From NCBI GenBank assembly GCA_964627755.1, contig CAZVIH010000004.1:50855-114854 (forward strand): a stretch of DNA of 64,000 bases, given 5' to 3'. Made by a program: the position numbers and the translations under genes. This DNA comes from an uncultured Anaerolineales bacterium. GTDB taxonomy: Bacteria > Chloroflexota > Anaerolineae > Anaerolineales > UBA11858. Positions 36,962 through 46,415 of this stretch are shown one piece after another (within the stretch, counting starts at the first letter, position 1; each line of letters starts with the position of its first letter). Under the pieces are notes generated by a model. That model saw only the letters and a program-made list of their open reading frames with translations, was not told the DNA's origin and did not search any database.

Positions 36962-37515
36962 ACCCGGGTAATATATTCCCCTGTTCGGGTATCGATCCGG
37001 ATCGTATCGCCTGCTTCTACGAAGTTAGGTACAAATACCTCCAGACCGGTAGAGGTGGTCACTGCCTTGGTCACACTGGTGGCTGTGTCCCCGCGGACTG
37101 ACGGATCAGCCCGCACTACTTTCTGATCAACAGCAGTGGGCAGATCGATATCCAGGGGTTCATCATTAAAAAATGTCAGTTTTACTTCCATTTCATCAGT
37201 AAGGAATTGAGTGGTTTCACCCAGAACCTCACCTTTTAAGGCGGGCTGTTCGTAGGTTTCAACATCCATAAAGTAGTACATCTCGCCGTCGTTATACATA
37301 TATTTAACGTTGCGGAACGTCAAGCGGATATCCTGAACTGTGTCTCCGGAATTAAATTTCTTCTTCAACCGGGTTCCTGTGCGAAGGTCTCGAACATCAA
37401 CTCGGATAGTGGCTTTGCCTCTTCCGGGTTTGTGGTGGTCGTATTCTAAAACCTTATAGATGCTCCCGTCCAGTTCAAAGGTGACACCTTTTCTCAACTC
37501 ATTAACATCAATCAT
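36958..37515 (-). CDS. efp: translation elongation factor P
   Basis: 185 aa with KPGRGKATIRV loop, VRGDTA and IDTRTGEYITRV. Confidence 0.95.
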   Translation of the reverse strand: MIDVNELRKGVTFELDGSIYKVLEYDHHKPGRGKATIRVDVRDLRTGTRLKKKFNSGDTVQDIRLTFRNVKYMYNDGEMYYFMDVETYEQPALKGEVLGETTQFLTDEMEVKLTFFNDEPLDIDLPTAVDQKVVRADPSVRGDTATSVTKAVTTSTGLEVFVPNFVEAGDTIRIDTRTGEYITRV

Positions 37516-37559
37516 CTTTATGGCCTTTGTTTTAATTATTTTAGGTAAGTAGCGTGAAG

Positions 37560-37588
37560 ATTATATTCTACAGTGATAGGAGTGACAA
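37560..37588 (-). promoter_or_regulatory. sigma70-type promoter for efp
   Basis: Minus strand reads TTGTCA (37588..37583), a 17-nt spacer, then TATAAT (37565..37560). Confidence 0.6.
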
Positions 37589-37763
37589 GGGAGAGGGAAG
37601 ATTAGTATTTTGAAATCAGGGTTGAACAAAAATGCTGTTTTCCAGAAAGATGGTCATTTATTCCGGAAATTTGTTCTGAAATTTTCCATTTCACCTTTTT
37701 TCAAGTCACTTAAAGCCCTTCAAATTATGGTAAACTTACAGGAGATTAGTAAGGGAATTAAAA

Positions 37764-38153
37764 ATGGCGACCGATAAAAAAAGGATCATTTGCATTGAAG
37801 ATGAACCTGAAACCACTAATTTGATGAAGTTGATCCTGGCCAGAGAAGGATACGAAGTGCTAGGAGCGAATGGTGGCGAAGAAGGTTTGGCTCTCGTAAA
37901 CGAACAGATCCCTGACCTGATCCTGCTGGATTTAATGATGCCGGAAATGGACGGCACCCAGGTGTTCCAACGCCTGAAAGAAAATGAAAAGACCAGGGAT
38001 ATCCCGGTCATTGTTGTTACGGCTAAAGTTCAAAGCATCGATATTGTGCTCTGGCGCCAGGTCGCCAAGGTCGATGACTATATCACGAAACCCTTCCGGC
38101 CAGAAGAGCTGGCTGAACGGGTTAAATATGTCCTGGCCCAGACTGGAGAATAA
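37764..38153 (+). CDS. single-domain response regulator (receiver only)
   Basis: ICIEDEP, LILLDLMMPEMDG and VTAK...KPF. Confidence 0.9.
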   Translation: MATDKKRIICIEDEPETTNLMKLILAREGYEVLGANGGEEGLALVNEQIPDLILLDLMMPEMDGTQVFQRLKENEKTRDIPVIVVTAKVQSIDIVLWRQVAKVDDYITKPFRPEELAERVKYVLAQTGE

Positions 38154-38191
38154 TTCCAGGTCTGTCTTTTTATCCAACACGCCTTTCCGCC

Positions 38192-38551
38192 ATGGAAGTT
38201 AATGTAACTAATCGAACACGAAGTTTGGAAAATCCACTTCGGGTAAATAACTGTGAGAGTTTTTTTTGCCGCCTTAAGGGATTGATGTTCCAGAATTCCA
38301 TAAAAAAAGAAGCTGGTTTATTGATGATTCACGGCTCAGAGAGCCGGGCTAATGCGGCAATCCATATGTTCTTTGTAGGTATGGATCTGGGAGTACTCTG
38401 GCTGGATGCTTCCCGGAAGATTGTGGATATCCAGCTAGCAAAAAGCTGGCAGCCATTTTACACCCCTTCATCCCCGGCAAAATATATCCTGGAAATTCAC
38501 CCGGAACGCTTACCGGAATTTGAATTGGGAGATATCCTGAATTTTGAATAA
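38192..38551 (+). CDS. DUF192-domain protein
   Basis: 119 aa. RLKGLMF, MFFVGMDLGVLWLD and AKYILEI fit the DUF192 pattern. Confidence 0.65.
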   Translation: MEVNVTNRTRSLENPLRVNNCESFFCRLKGLMFQNSIKKEAGLLMIHGSESRANAAIHMFFVGMDLGVLWLDASRKIVDIQLAKSWQPFYTPSSPAKYILEIHPERLPEFELGDILNFE

Positions 38552-39941
38552 AATCATCCGTTTTTCCTTGTTATTTATCCTGCTGCTGAGTTTAACAACC
38601 CCGGCCTTTGCCCAGGGCGACTCAACTGATAACCTTGTGTATATCGTGCAGGCAGGTGATACTTTGTGGACCATCGCTCGAAATCTGCATGTTTATTATG
38701 ATGAAATGCTGGCAGTCAACGGGTTAACAGAAAACAGCTCGATCATTCCTGGTACTGAGTTGATCATCACAGGTTTAGGGGATCTTAGAGGTGTGGTCAG
38801 CACGATCAAGGTTCCTTTTGGTGAAACATTACAAAGCATCAGCCGCCGCTACCAGGTTCCAGAGGATTCCCTGATCCAGATTAATCGCCTTACCAGTCCA
38901 TTTGAATTATACGTAGGCGTTTCCGCGGTTTTGGTGGGTGAAAATGAGATCGAGGTCCAGGAAGGCAAACGTGTATCTTTGGCGCCAGGAGAGTCTTTCC
39001 TGGAAATGGCGATCAAGGAAAATTTGAATCCCTGGACGATGGTAACAGCCAATCATCAAGGGGGCAGCTGGGACATGATCCCTGGAGAGGTGCTATTTGT
39101 TCCCGGCACTGAAAGCACTGGCCCCGGTGGATTTCCAGATGAGATCCAAAATGTGGATTTTTACCCAGAACGTCTTGTCCAGGGCCATACCTACGTGATC
39201 GAAGCAAATATACCCGACGGGGCCCAAATTTCAGGATCCCTGGGTGAGTATCCCCTCTCATTCTTTACACAAGATGGAAAAACCTATCTAGCACTGCAGG
39301 GCCTTCATGCAAAAGAAAGTACGGGATTGAAACCGATCAGTTTAGCCGGGACGCTGACAGATGGAACCCCATTTGCTCTAACTCAGATGGTGGAAGTCTT
39401 CAGCGGTAATTACCATTATGAAGAGATCATCGGTGTCCCCCAGGAAACAGTAGGTATTGAGATCACTGAGGAAGAGACAACTCAACTCCAAGAATTTACC
39501 CTCCAGGCCACCGAGAATAAGTTCTGGGATGAGGAATTTTTGCCCCCGGTGCCAGCTGCCCTCAGCGCTGCTTACGCGTCTTATTACGGGGGCCGCAGGT
39601 CGTATAACGGCAGCGGCTATTACTATTTCCATTCCGGACTGGACTATTTCAGTTCCATGGGTGGAGATATCTATGCCGCGGCGCCAGGCAAAGTGGTCTT
39701 CACCGGTCCACTGCTGCTGCACGGCAACACAACCTTGATCGATCATGGTTGGGGTGTGTACTCCCTGTACGCCCATCAATCCGAATTTTTGGTCCGGGAA
39801 GGTCAGCAGGTCAGTGCCGGCGCGCTGATCGGACGGGTGGGTTCAACAGGGCGGTCCAGCGGACCTCACCTGCACTGGGAGGTCTGGGTTGGGGGAATTC
39901 AGGTCAATCCACTGGATTGGGTGGAGAATTCTTACCCCTAG
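38544..39941 (+). CDS. secreted LysM-domain M23 metallopeptidase
   Basis: Signal peptide, two LysM repeats (YIVQAGDTLWTIA; GETLQSISRRY), and M23 motifs HSGLDY and GPHLHWEV. TTG start overlaps the preceding gene by 8 nt. Confidence 0.9.
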   Translation: MNKIIRFSLLFILLLSLTTPAFAQGDSTDNLVYIVQAGDTLWTIARNLHVYYDEMLAVNGLTENSSIIPGTELIITGLGDLRGVVSTIKVPFGETLQSISRRYQVPEDSLIQINRLTSPFELYVGVSAVLVGENEIEVQEGKRVSLAPGESFLEMAIKENLNPWTMVTANHQGGSWDMIPGEVLFVPGTESTGPGGFPDEIQNVDFYPERLVQGHTYVIEANIPDGAQISGSLGEYPLSFFTQDGKTYLALQGLHAKESTGLKPISLAGTLTDGTPFALTQMVEVFSGNYHYEEIIGVPQETVGIEITEEETTQLQEFTLQATENKFWDEEFLPPVPAALSAAYASYYGGRRSYNGSGYYYFHSGLDYFSSMGGDIYAAAPGKVVFTGPLLLHGNTTLIDHGWGVYSLYAHQSEFLVREGQQVSAGALIGRVGSTGRSSGPHLHWEVWVGGIQVNPLDWVENSYP

Positions 39942-40070
39942 AACTCTTTTTCTATATAATTTCACAACAAACCCGTCCAAGGTTGTTGAGAGAGTAGAGT
40001 AGAGTATAATATACGGGCTTGATTTCATATTATTCAAGGCATTATATATTCACGTTTTTGAGGCTTTTCT

Positions 40071-41654
40071 ATGGCAACTGCTTTATTATCCCTCCGCGAG
40101 GATTACTGGGAGGAATATCAACTGGAAGGTGATGATATCTCCTTCCTGTATGATTATCTATTAGAAAGTGAAACTCCGTTGACCTCGGAAGAGCTGATGC
40201 CCATCCTGGTCGGGGAGCGGATCGAGCGCGAAAAAGTGCGTTTGGAAAAAAAGCGCTTGGATGGCAAGGATATTTATTTCCCAAAAGAGCAGTACGAAGT
40301 TGGGGATAAACTGGTTTTCCCGGCTTTGGAATGGCAAAAAGGCGAGGTTGTTGGACTCCGCGATGGTGAAAATCCTGCGATTGGCCAGTTTAAAGTCATT
40401 CAAGTTGAATTAGAGAGTGGTAAAAAGCATGAATTTGCGGTCGGTATTGAGGATCATATCCTCAACATTCCTCCAGAATCAGCCCAGGCAGATTCCCTGA
40501 ACCCGGAAGCAGTAATAAATAATTACTCTGAGATATTGATCGAGCAGATCGAATTGGGATTGGTCGATCATGAAGAATTTGTTCAGGTCGCTGGACGCTG
40601 GTTCTTGCAGGCGCTGCTGGTGGACATTAATGATGGTCATTTAAACCTGGCTGAGGCAGTCCTGGATATGAATGGAGGCGGCCCCCTGGCAACAGCGGAG
40701 CTTGTGAAGGATATAGACCTGCCGGGGAATGTAAATCGCACTTTACTTGAATTTTCTTTGGATTATGCCTTGCAGGAAGACCATCGTTTTGATGAAGTTG
40801 GACCGGCTGGCATTGTCGCCTGGTATCTCAAAGGGCTGGAACCTGAGAGCGTTCGAGAGACTCCCATTTATCTAAGGTACACTCCGCTGGAATATGATCA
40901 TGATTCATTGACTGGTGATATGCTGAACCTGGAAGAGTCGTTGGATGATGAACTGACGCCCTTAAAGGAAAAGAAACAGTTCCCGGTCAAGGGTGTGGAA
41001 GTGCGTTTGATCTTCCCTCATTGGCGGGCAGGGACTTTGCCCCTTTCAGAACGGGTTATGCCATTATTCCCGACTGCTTATGAGTCGCCCCGGATTCGAT
41101 TTACATTGGTTGACGGCAAAACTGGAGAGCGATTCCCTGGCTGGGTTGTCCGGGAGCAGCGTTATGTATCAGGATTAAAAGAATGGTACGAGAAAAAAGG
41201 ACTCATCCCGGGTGGGATTGTTTATATCAAACCCGGTAAAGTACCTGGAGAAGTGATCGTTGAAACCAAGAGCTCCCGCTCCACCAAGGATTGGATGCGC
41301 ACTATCCTGGTTGGGTCTGATGGAGAGCTGGTCTTTGCAACGTTGAAGCAGATCATCTCCTCAGACTATAATCCAAGAATGGCGATTATGATCTCAGATA
41401 TTGGTCCTGTTGATCAGGTTTGGTTGAAGAATCAGGAAGAACCACCGCCTTTTGAACGGGTTGTTGTGGATACAGTGCGGGAATTAACCAAACTTAACCC
41501 CCAGGGGCATGTGCATGTAACAGAGTTGTATGCTGCAGTGAACACAGTCAGACGATGTCCTCCGGGACCGCTGCTCTCACTGCTGGAAACCCGACCCTGG
41601 TTTGTCCATGTGGGCGATTTACATTATCGTTTTGATGATTCAGAAAAAAAATAG
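40071..41654 (+). CDS. hypothetical protein (527 aa)
   Basis: Long clean ORF with ATG 7 nt after GAGG. I recognise no family. A plausible promoter (TTGTTG, 16-nt spacer, TATAAT) lies at 39983..40010. Confidence 0.7.
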   Translation: MATALLSLREDYWEEYQLEGDDISFLYDYLLESETPLTSEELMPILVGERIEREKVRLEKKRLDGKDIYFPKEQYEVGDKLVFPALEWQKGEVVGLRDGENPAIGQFKVIQVELESGKKHEFAVGIEDHILNIPPESAQADSLNPEAVINNYSEILIEQIELGLVDHEEFVQVAGRWFLQALLVDINDGHLNLAEAVLDMNGGGPLATAELVKDIDLPGNVNRTLLEFSLDYALQEDHRFDEVGPAGIVAWYLKGLEPESVRETPIYLRYTPLEYDHDSLTGDMLNLEESLDDELTPLKEKKQFPVKGVEVRLIFPHWRAGTLPLSERVMPLFPTAYESPRIRFTLVDGKTGERFPGWVVREQRYVSGLKEWYEKKGLIPGGIVYIKPGKVPGEVIVETKSSRSTKDWMRTILVGSDGELVFATLKQIISSDYNPRMAIMISDIGPVDQVWLKNQEEPPPFERVVVDTVRELTKLNPQGHVHVTELYAAVNTVRRCPPGPLLSLLETRPWFVHVGDLHYRFDDSEKK

Positions 41655-41685
41655 ATCAATCTGATTTGGAGGAAGGAGAATTTCG

Positions 41686-42123
41686 GTGTCTAAACCAAAA
41701 CTTTCGAGTTTGCTTAAACCTACGGTTTCCACACCGTTTCAAATTGATTTTGCCTGGTGGAAAGGGCAGGATCGCTCCTGGCGGGTTCACCTGCGGAGCT
41801 GCCTGTGCCAAGAACATCAGGAAATGTATGCTGATCTGTCGGGGGATGAAAAGGTAGACTGGATCGATCCGGACACAGCAGAGGTTCAGGTCGTAGATGG
41901 GCTGCAGCACACTTTGATATCCCACTGCGCCAAACAGGAGCAGTTCATTACTGAACATACCACTTTGACAGAATCCCTGTTCAGGACCTTTCTTTCCAAC
42001 GGCAACCAGCCCCTGTCACCGGATGATCTGGCAGAATTGTTGGGCCAGTCTGCCCAAAAGATCCTCCAGACCATTTCCGGGCCTCGGGTTTATAAGGGGA
42101 TCCGCCCGGCACCCAAGGAATAA
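41686..42123 (+). CDS. hypothetical protein (145 aa)
   Basis: GTG start lies 6 nt after GGAGGAAGGAG and 31 nt after the upstream stop. Confidence 0.6.
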   Translation: MSKPKLSSLLKPTVSTPFQIDFAWWKGQDRSWRVHLRSCLCQEHQEMYADLSGDEKVDWIDPDTAEVQVVDGLQHTLISHCAKQEQFITEHTTLTESLFRTFLSNGNQPLSPDDLAELLGQSAQKILQTISGPRVYKGIRPAPKE

Positions 42124-42143
42124 TTGCCGGTAAATAAATATTT

Positions 42144-42216
42144 GCCCTCGTAGCTCAATGGACAGAGCACCGGACTTCTAATCCGACGGTTGCAGGTTCG
42201 ATTCCTGCCGAGGGCG
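42144..42216 (+). tRNA. tRNA-Arg (anticodon UCU)
   Basis: Hand-folded cloverleaf. Acceptor gccctcg/cgagggc, D arm gctc/gagc, anticodon loop cTTCTaa, T arm gcagg-ttcgatt-cctgc, discriminator g. No encoded CCA. Confidence 0.9.
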
Positions 42217-42222
42217 CCTCTT

Positions 42223-42248
42223 CACCCCAGGGATGGGGTGTTTTTATT
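42223..42248 (+). terminator. rho-independent terminator after the tRNA
   Basis: cacccc agggat ggggtg followed by TTTTTATTT. Confidence 0.8.
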
Positions 42249-42330
42249 TAAGGGGAACAACCTGGCAGGTTGGGTCTTTTTAGTGATATTCTATTAGGAA
42301 GAATGGACTCGGAAGTTTTGGGAAATTTTT

Positions 42331-43179
42331 ATGATGCATTGTTTTTTTGTTTCCGATTTACACGGTCAGACCAGCCGTTATCAATCCTTATTCACCCGGA
42401 TCAGGGAAGAAAAGCCTGCCGCTGTATTTCTGGGCGGCGACCTCTTCCCTCATTTTGGCGCCCAGAGCCAGGGTGACTTTTTGGATGATTTCCTCGCGAA
42501 GGAATTTACCCAGCTTAAAGAGGACCTGGGACAGGATTATCCCAGGGTGTTCTTGATTCTGGGTAATGATGACAGCAAAACTCGCGTGGAAGGGCTGATC
42601 AACTGGATGGAGAGGGAAAAGATCTGGGAATATGTTCACGGCAGGGCGGTTGAGTTTGGGGCTTTTACAGTCTATGGGTATGCCTATGTGCCTCCCACTC
42701 CGTTTTTAAATAAGGATTGGGAACGTTATGATATCTCGCGTTTTGTTGATCCTGGCTGCATCCCCCCGGAGGAAGGTTGGCATTCGATTAATAAACCGAA
42801 AAACCTTATCGAACATGCCACGATCCAAAAAGACCTGGAGAGTTTGACTGCAGGGAAAGATCTGTCAAAAGCCATCATTTTGTTCCATTCCCCTCCCTAC
42901 CAGACATCCCTTGATAGGGCAGCCCTGGACGGGAAGCTGGTCGATTATGTAGCGCTTGATGTCCACGTCGGCAGCATCGCGGTGAAAAACTTTATCCTGG
43001 AACGCCAACCCTTGATCACGCTGCACGGCCATGTGCATGAATCGGCCAGGATAACAGGGTCCTGGACAGAACAACTCGGAAAGACAATTGCGTTTTCTGC
43101 TGCGCACGACGGGCAGGAGCTGGCTCTGGTCAGGTTCGACCCTGATGACCCCCAAAAAGCTGCTCGTGATCTTATTTAA
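42331..43179 (+). CDS. metallophosphoesterase (calcineurin-like)
   Basis: FFVSDLHG, GGDLF, LGNDD and LHGHVHE. Confidence 0.8.
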   Translation: MMHCFFVSDLHGQTSRYQSLFTRIREEKPAAVFLGGDLFPHFGAQSQGDFLDDFLAKEFTQLKEDLGQDYPRVFLILGNDDSKTRVEGLINWMEREKIWEYVHGRAVEFGAFTVYGYAYVPPTPFLNKDWERYDISRFVDPGCIPPEEGWHSINKPKNLIEHATIQKDLESLTAGKDLSKAIILFHSPPYQTSLDRAALDGKLVDYVALDVHVGSIAVKNFILERQPLITLHGHVHESARITGSWTEQLGKTIAFSAAHDGQELALVRFDPDDPQKAARDLI

Positions 43180-43223
43180 TAGGGACTGAGTCCTTTCAAA
43201 AGGGCTCAGTCCCTATTCTTTTT
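43178..43223. repeat. AGGGAYTGAGTCCTTT palindromic repeat, probable bidirectional terminator
   Basis: aatagggactgagtccttt caaa agggctcagtccctatt followed by cttttt, located between convergent stops. Confidence 0.8.
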
Positions 43224-43238
43224 CCGTATTATCTCCGA

Positions 43239-46200
43239 CTATTGCAGATTGGATCCCATGGTGAGGGGGAAGGCGCCATCCGTTACTGCGCCGATTTTAA
43301 CAGCATAACTGGTCCGTTTTTCTATATCTTCATCTGTGATCAGGTGGATATCCAATAGACCGGTGGTTTTATACCCTGTCCTGCGCAGGTTGATCTCACT
43401 CAGACTTAAGCTCCAACCTTCCAGCCAGGCCAGCAGATCTGCTTGCTGTTTTTTATCTCCAACAAAATGGATCAGCAAGTCGATATCGCTCTGGGGGCCG
43501 GCAGTGGCATTTTTTGTGCTGCCAAAGAGATAGACCCCTTTAACACCAAATCTCTCTGGATCGATTTGTAAAGCGATGGCTTCTGCGGTTTGATAACGCC
43601 AGCGCCAGTGATCTTCTGTGGCCCGGGCCTGGGGGCGGGTTTGGTAGACGGTTTGCCCGTCAAGCAGATTTTCTTCTTCCGCCAGAAAACCAATAGCCAG
43701 GTTAGTATCCGCATTCATCAGGACCTGAAGTACAGATCCATTAGATGTGTTTTTCACATCGATCACGTGGATTACCTTTTCCAGGAGTGGAAAATCGGGC
43801 ACTAATTCTTTGTAGATGTTTTTGGATTCCCGCAGATATTGATGATTGAACAGAATATCTTGATCATCAGGATAGAGAGGCAGGTAGCGGATCGCTGATT
43901 CGACCAGGTCCTGGAAGAAATGGGTTCCAAAGGATAGATCGGGAATATAGTCACCTTGTTTTTGGGCAACCTCGATCAGGGCTGCTGTCCGATTGATATC
44001 GGAGTAAGTTACATTTACTCCCAATTTTATATCTCCCCGGCTGCCCCAGCGTCCGGGACCCATCAGGATAAATTTCCTCTTGGTGAGGACGCTGTTGATC
44101 CTGCCGATAGCCCGGCCCACATTCAGCAGTTCTTCCCGGCTGGAGATCTGGCTGTATGCTTCTGGATCAACATACACGATGTGGTTGATATTGGATATCG
44201 TTCCATTGGTTACATAACGGTTGGCAGTGAAAATGATCTTTTCAGCCGGGATATCAGCCGGTATATCAGCCGGGATGATATCCCGACCGGAACTTTGGGA
44301 ACGGCACTGCAGAAGGTAAAAATCTTCCCCGTCACAAGCGAACTCGATATCGATCGGTTGGTCCAGCTGTTCCTGGAGTTCTCCCAGGACAGTCCTTAAC
44401 AAGGATAGAAACGGGCTCTGGGAGAATAAACCGTCAAAGGTAAATACCAGCTTGTCATCTTCAAAATCTGGTCCAAGCCCGGTTGGGATAACTGCTTGAT
44501 CTTCAGTGATAATTGAAATAAGTTGTCTGATATTGGGATATTCCGGGCCGTATTCTTTTAATAGTTGATCTATTTCAATAGTTTCAAATCCGCACTTCTC
44601 CAGGTTGATGACATCGATCATGCGTGGGGAATAACGAATGATCTCATCCAGCGATGTGTTGACCCGTAGATTCGGCTGGCCGGGAGCAGCCAGGATTGGA
44701 TAATCATCACTCAAACGGTCTACCGCTCGTGTACCAAGCCCGGGAACGATCCGGATCAATCCATCTTCTTTGTGGATCCTGCTGGACCAGCGGAACTCGT
44801 TTTGACTGAAGGCAACCCCGGCATAGGCCGGGAAATAATAAGGACCGACTCGCCGCCCAACGACTTCCTGGATCAAAATACCCATTTCTTCATGATTGTC
44901 GATCAATCCGTGTTCATGACGATATTCTATCGGGTCAGGACCATACAAGGAAGCATAGACTTCAGTAATGGCATCCACCAGGCTGATCAGCCGTTCTTCT
45001 TTGGTGCCCTGATTGGCCACAAAAAGGCTTTTATACTTGCCAGCGAAAGACATGCCAACCTGATCCTCCAGTAAACTCGAGCTGCGAACGATCAGGGGTA
45101 CATCTCCAAAATCATCCAGCGCTACTGATAATCCCTTAACAATATCTGGCGGCAGGGGAGTGTTCTTAAATACATGAATGATATAGGGATACTCCTGGCG
45201 GATCTCCCCGATATTCAGGTATTTGTGTTCTATGATCTCTTCCAGGTTATTCTGTTCAATAAAGGAAAAGACAGTATCAGAAACGATATACCAAGTCTTT
45301 GGCGTTTTGACTTTCTTAAAGGTATCCTGATTGCGAAGCGCTTTCTTCATCACCTGCATTGCCAGGAAAATTCCGGCGCCTTTTCCTCCCAGTTTTCCAT
45401 AGCTGTCTGATAGATAGATCATTCGACTCGAGAGATCATAAAAATCCTCGATCTCGATATGCTTTTTGGCTGAGATGATGTATCGTTCGCGTTCGCTTAA
45501 TATTCGCCGGATCAGGGACATCTGGACGCTTTGTTTTCTTGCAGCGGATAATACCAGACCCTGGTTAGATAAATGTTTATACTTATCCAGAGCGGCAAAC
45601 ATCTCAGTTATGGATCGATTGGGTTGAACAAGGGTGTTTACCAGGAAGCCGGATTGATCCTCTCTTATCCAGCGCTGGATGCTGTTTAATATATCCTCTT
45701 CGTCGAGGTATATTCCGGCCAGGTCAAAAACTTTGTCCAGGGAGCCGATGGCATCTTTGTTGGTTTTAAATTGGTATGGGAAGTTGGTTTCGAGGATTTC
45801 CCGATCTTCATAGTAGGCAGAACTGAATAATCCCCATAGGCTCTCGGCTTCCTTAATACCATGTTCGCAGAGATGGTGGATCATTTTCCGGGCAATTGTA
45901 ATCAGCAAGTTAGGATCGGTCTTTTTTAGCAAATTTAGAACCGCCCGCCACCCTGCTTCTGAATCTGAACCTGTTTTGGATTGTTTTTCAAATACATCTT
46001 GCAGCCGTTGGTGGAGAAGGAAATTTCCCAGCTGGTCCGAGATTGTGTTGATCAACCTCCGCTCTTCCAGAAGGAAGGGACCTTCATCCTGGACAGGTTT
46101 TTCTTCTGAATAATAAACGCTGATCCTGCCTTCAACCTGGTCCTGAACGATGACGTCGGAATGCATAACCCAGGTTGATTCCTGGAAGTTTTCGGACTGG

Positions 46201-46415
46201 TAGATCTTATCGCCGATCTGGATACGAGATAAGCAAATTTCCGGATACTGCCAGCCTGGCGGTATCACTTTTATGATCCTGGTTATGGCGTCTTTGGTTT
46301 TTAGGCCTGGTTTGACAAGAGTTTCCTGGACAGCATAGAGGCAGTTAAGCTCTTTGGCTCTTTCCTTAAGTTCTTCAACCAGCCTGTTGATAGGTTTTTC
46401 TTTATAATCAGTCAT
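43239..46415 (-). CDS. multidomain PEP/pyruvate-binding (PPDK_N-like ATP-grasp) protein with C-terminal nucleotidyltransferase domain
   Basis: 1058 aa. KLGGKGAGIFLA, LIVRSSSLLEDQVGMSFAGKYKS, IDIEFACDGEDFYLLQCR, FGTHFFQDL, and the NTase motif LFGSTKNATAGPQSDIDLLIHF. Confidence 0.75.
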   Translation of the reverse strand: MTDYKEKPINRLVEELKERAKELNCLYAVQETLVKPGLKTKDAITRIIKVIPPGWQYPEICLSRIQIGDKIYQSENFQESTWVMHSDVIVQDQVEGRISVYYSEEKPVQDEGPFLLEERRLINTISDQLGNFLLHQRLQDVFEKQSKTGSDSEAGWRAVLNLLKKTDPNLLITIARKMIHHLCEHGIKEAESLWGLFSSAYYEDREILETNFPYQFKTNKDAIGSLDKVFDLAGIYLDEEDILNSIQRWIREDQSGFLVNTLVQPNRSITEMFAALDKYKHLSNQGLVLSAARKQSVQMSLIRRILSERERYIISAKKHIEIEDFYDLSSRMIYLSDSYGKLGGKGAGIFLAMQVMKKALRNQDTFKKVKTPKTWYIVSDTVFSFIEQNNLEEIIEHKYLNIGEIRQEYPYIIHVFKNTPLPPDIVKGLSVALDDFGDVPLIVRSSSLLEDQVGMSFAGKYKSLFVANQGTKEERLISLVDAITEVYASLYGPDPIEYRHEHGLIDNHEEMGILIQEVVGRRVGPYYFPAYAGVAFSQNEFRWSSRIHKEDGLIRIVPGLGTRAVDRLSDDYPILAAPGQPNLRVNTSLDEIIRYSPRMIDVINLEKCGFETIEIDQLLKEYGPEYPNIRQLISIITEDQAVIPTGLGPDFEDDKLVFTFDGLFSQSPFLSLLRTVLGELQEQLDQPIDIEFACDGEDFYLLQCRSQSSGRDIIPADIPADIPAEKIIFTANRYVTNGTISNINHIVYVDPEAYSQISSREELLNVGRAIGRINSVLTKRKFILMGPGRWGSRGDIKLGVNVTYSDINRTAALIEVAQKQGDYIPDLSFGTHFFQDLVESAIRYLPLYPDDQDILFNHQYLRESKNIYKELVPDFPLLEKVIHVIDVKNTSNGSVLQVLMNADTNLAIGFLAEEENLLDGQTVYQTRPQARATEDHWRWRYQTAEAIALQIDPERFGVKGVYLFGSTKNATAGPQSDIDLLIHFVGDKKQQADLLAWLEGWSLSLSEINLRRTGYKTTGLLDIHLITDEDIEKRTSYAVKIGAVTDGAFPLTMGSNLQ

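Noticed and set aside
42144-42216. tRNA-Arg as an integration hotspot
   Set aside because: There is no integrase, no duplicated tRNA 3' end, and the flanking genes look ordinary.
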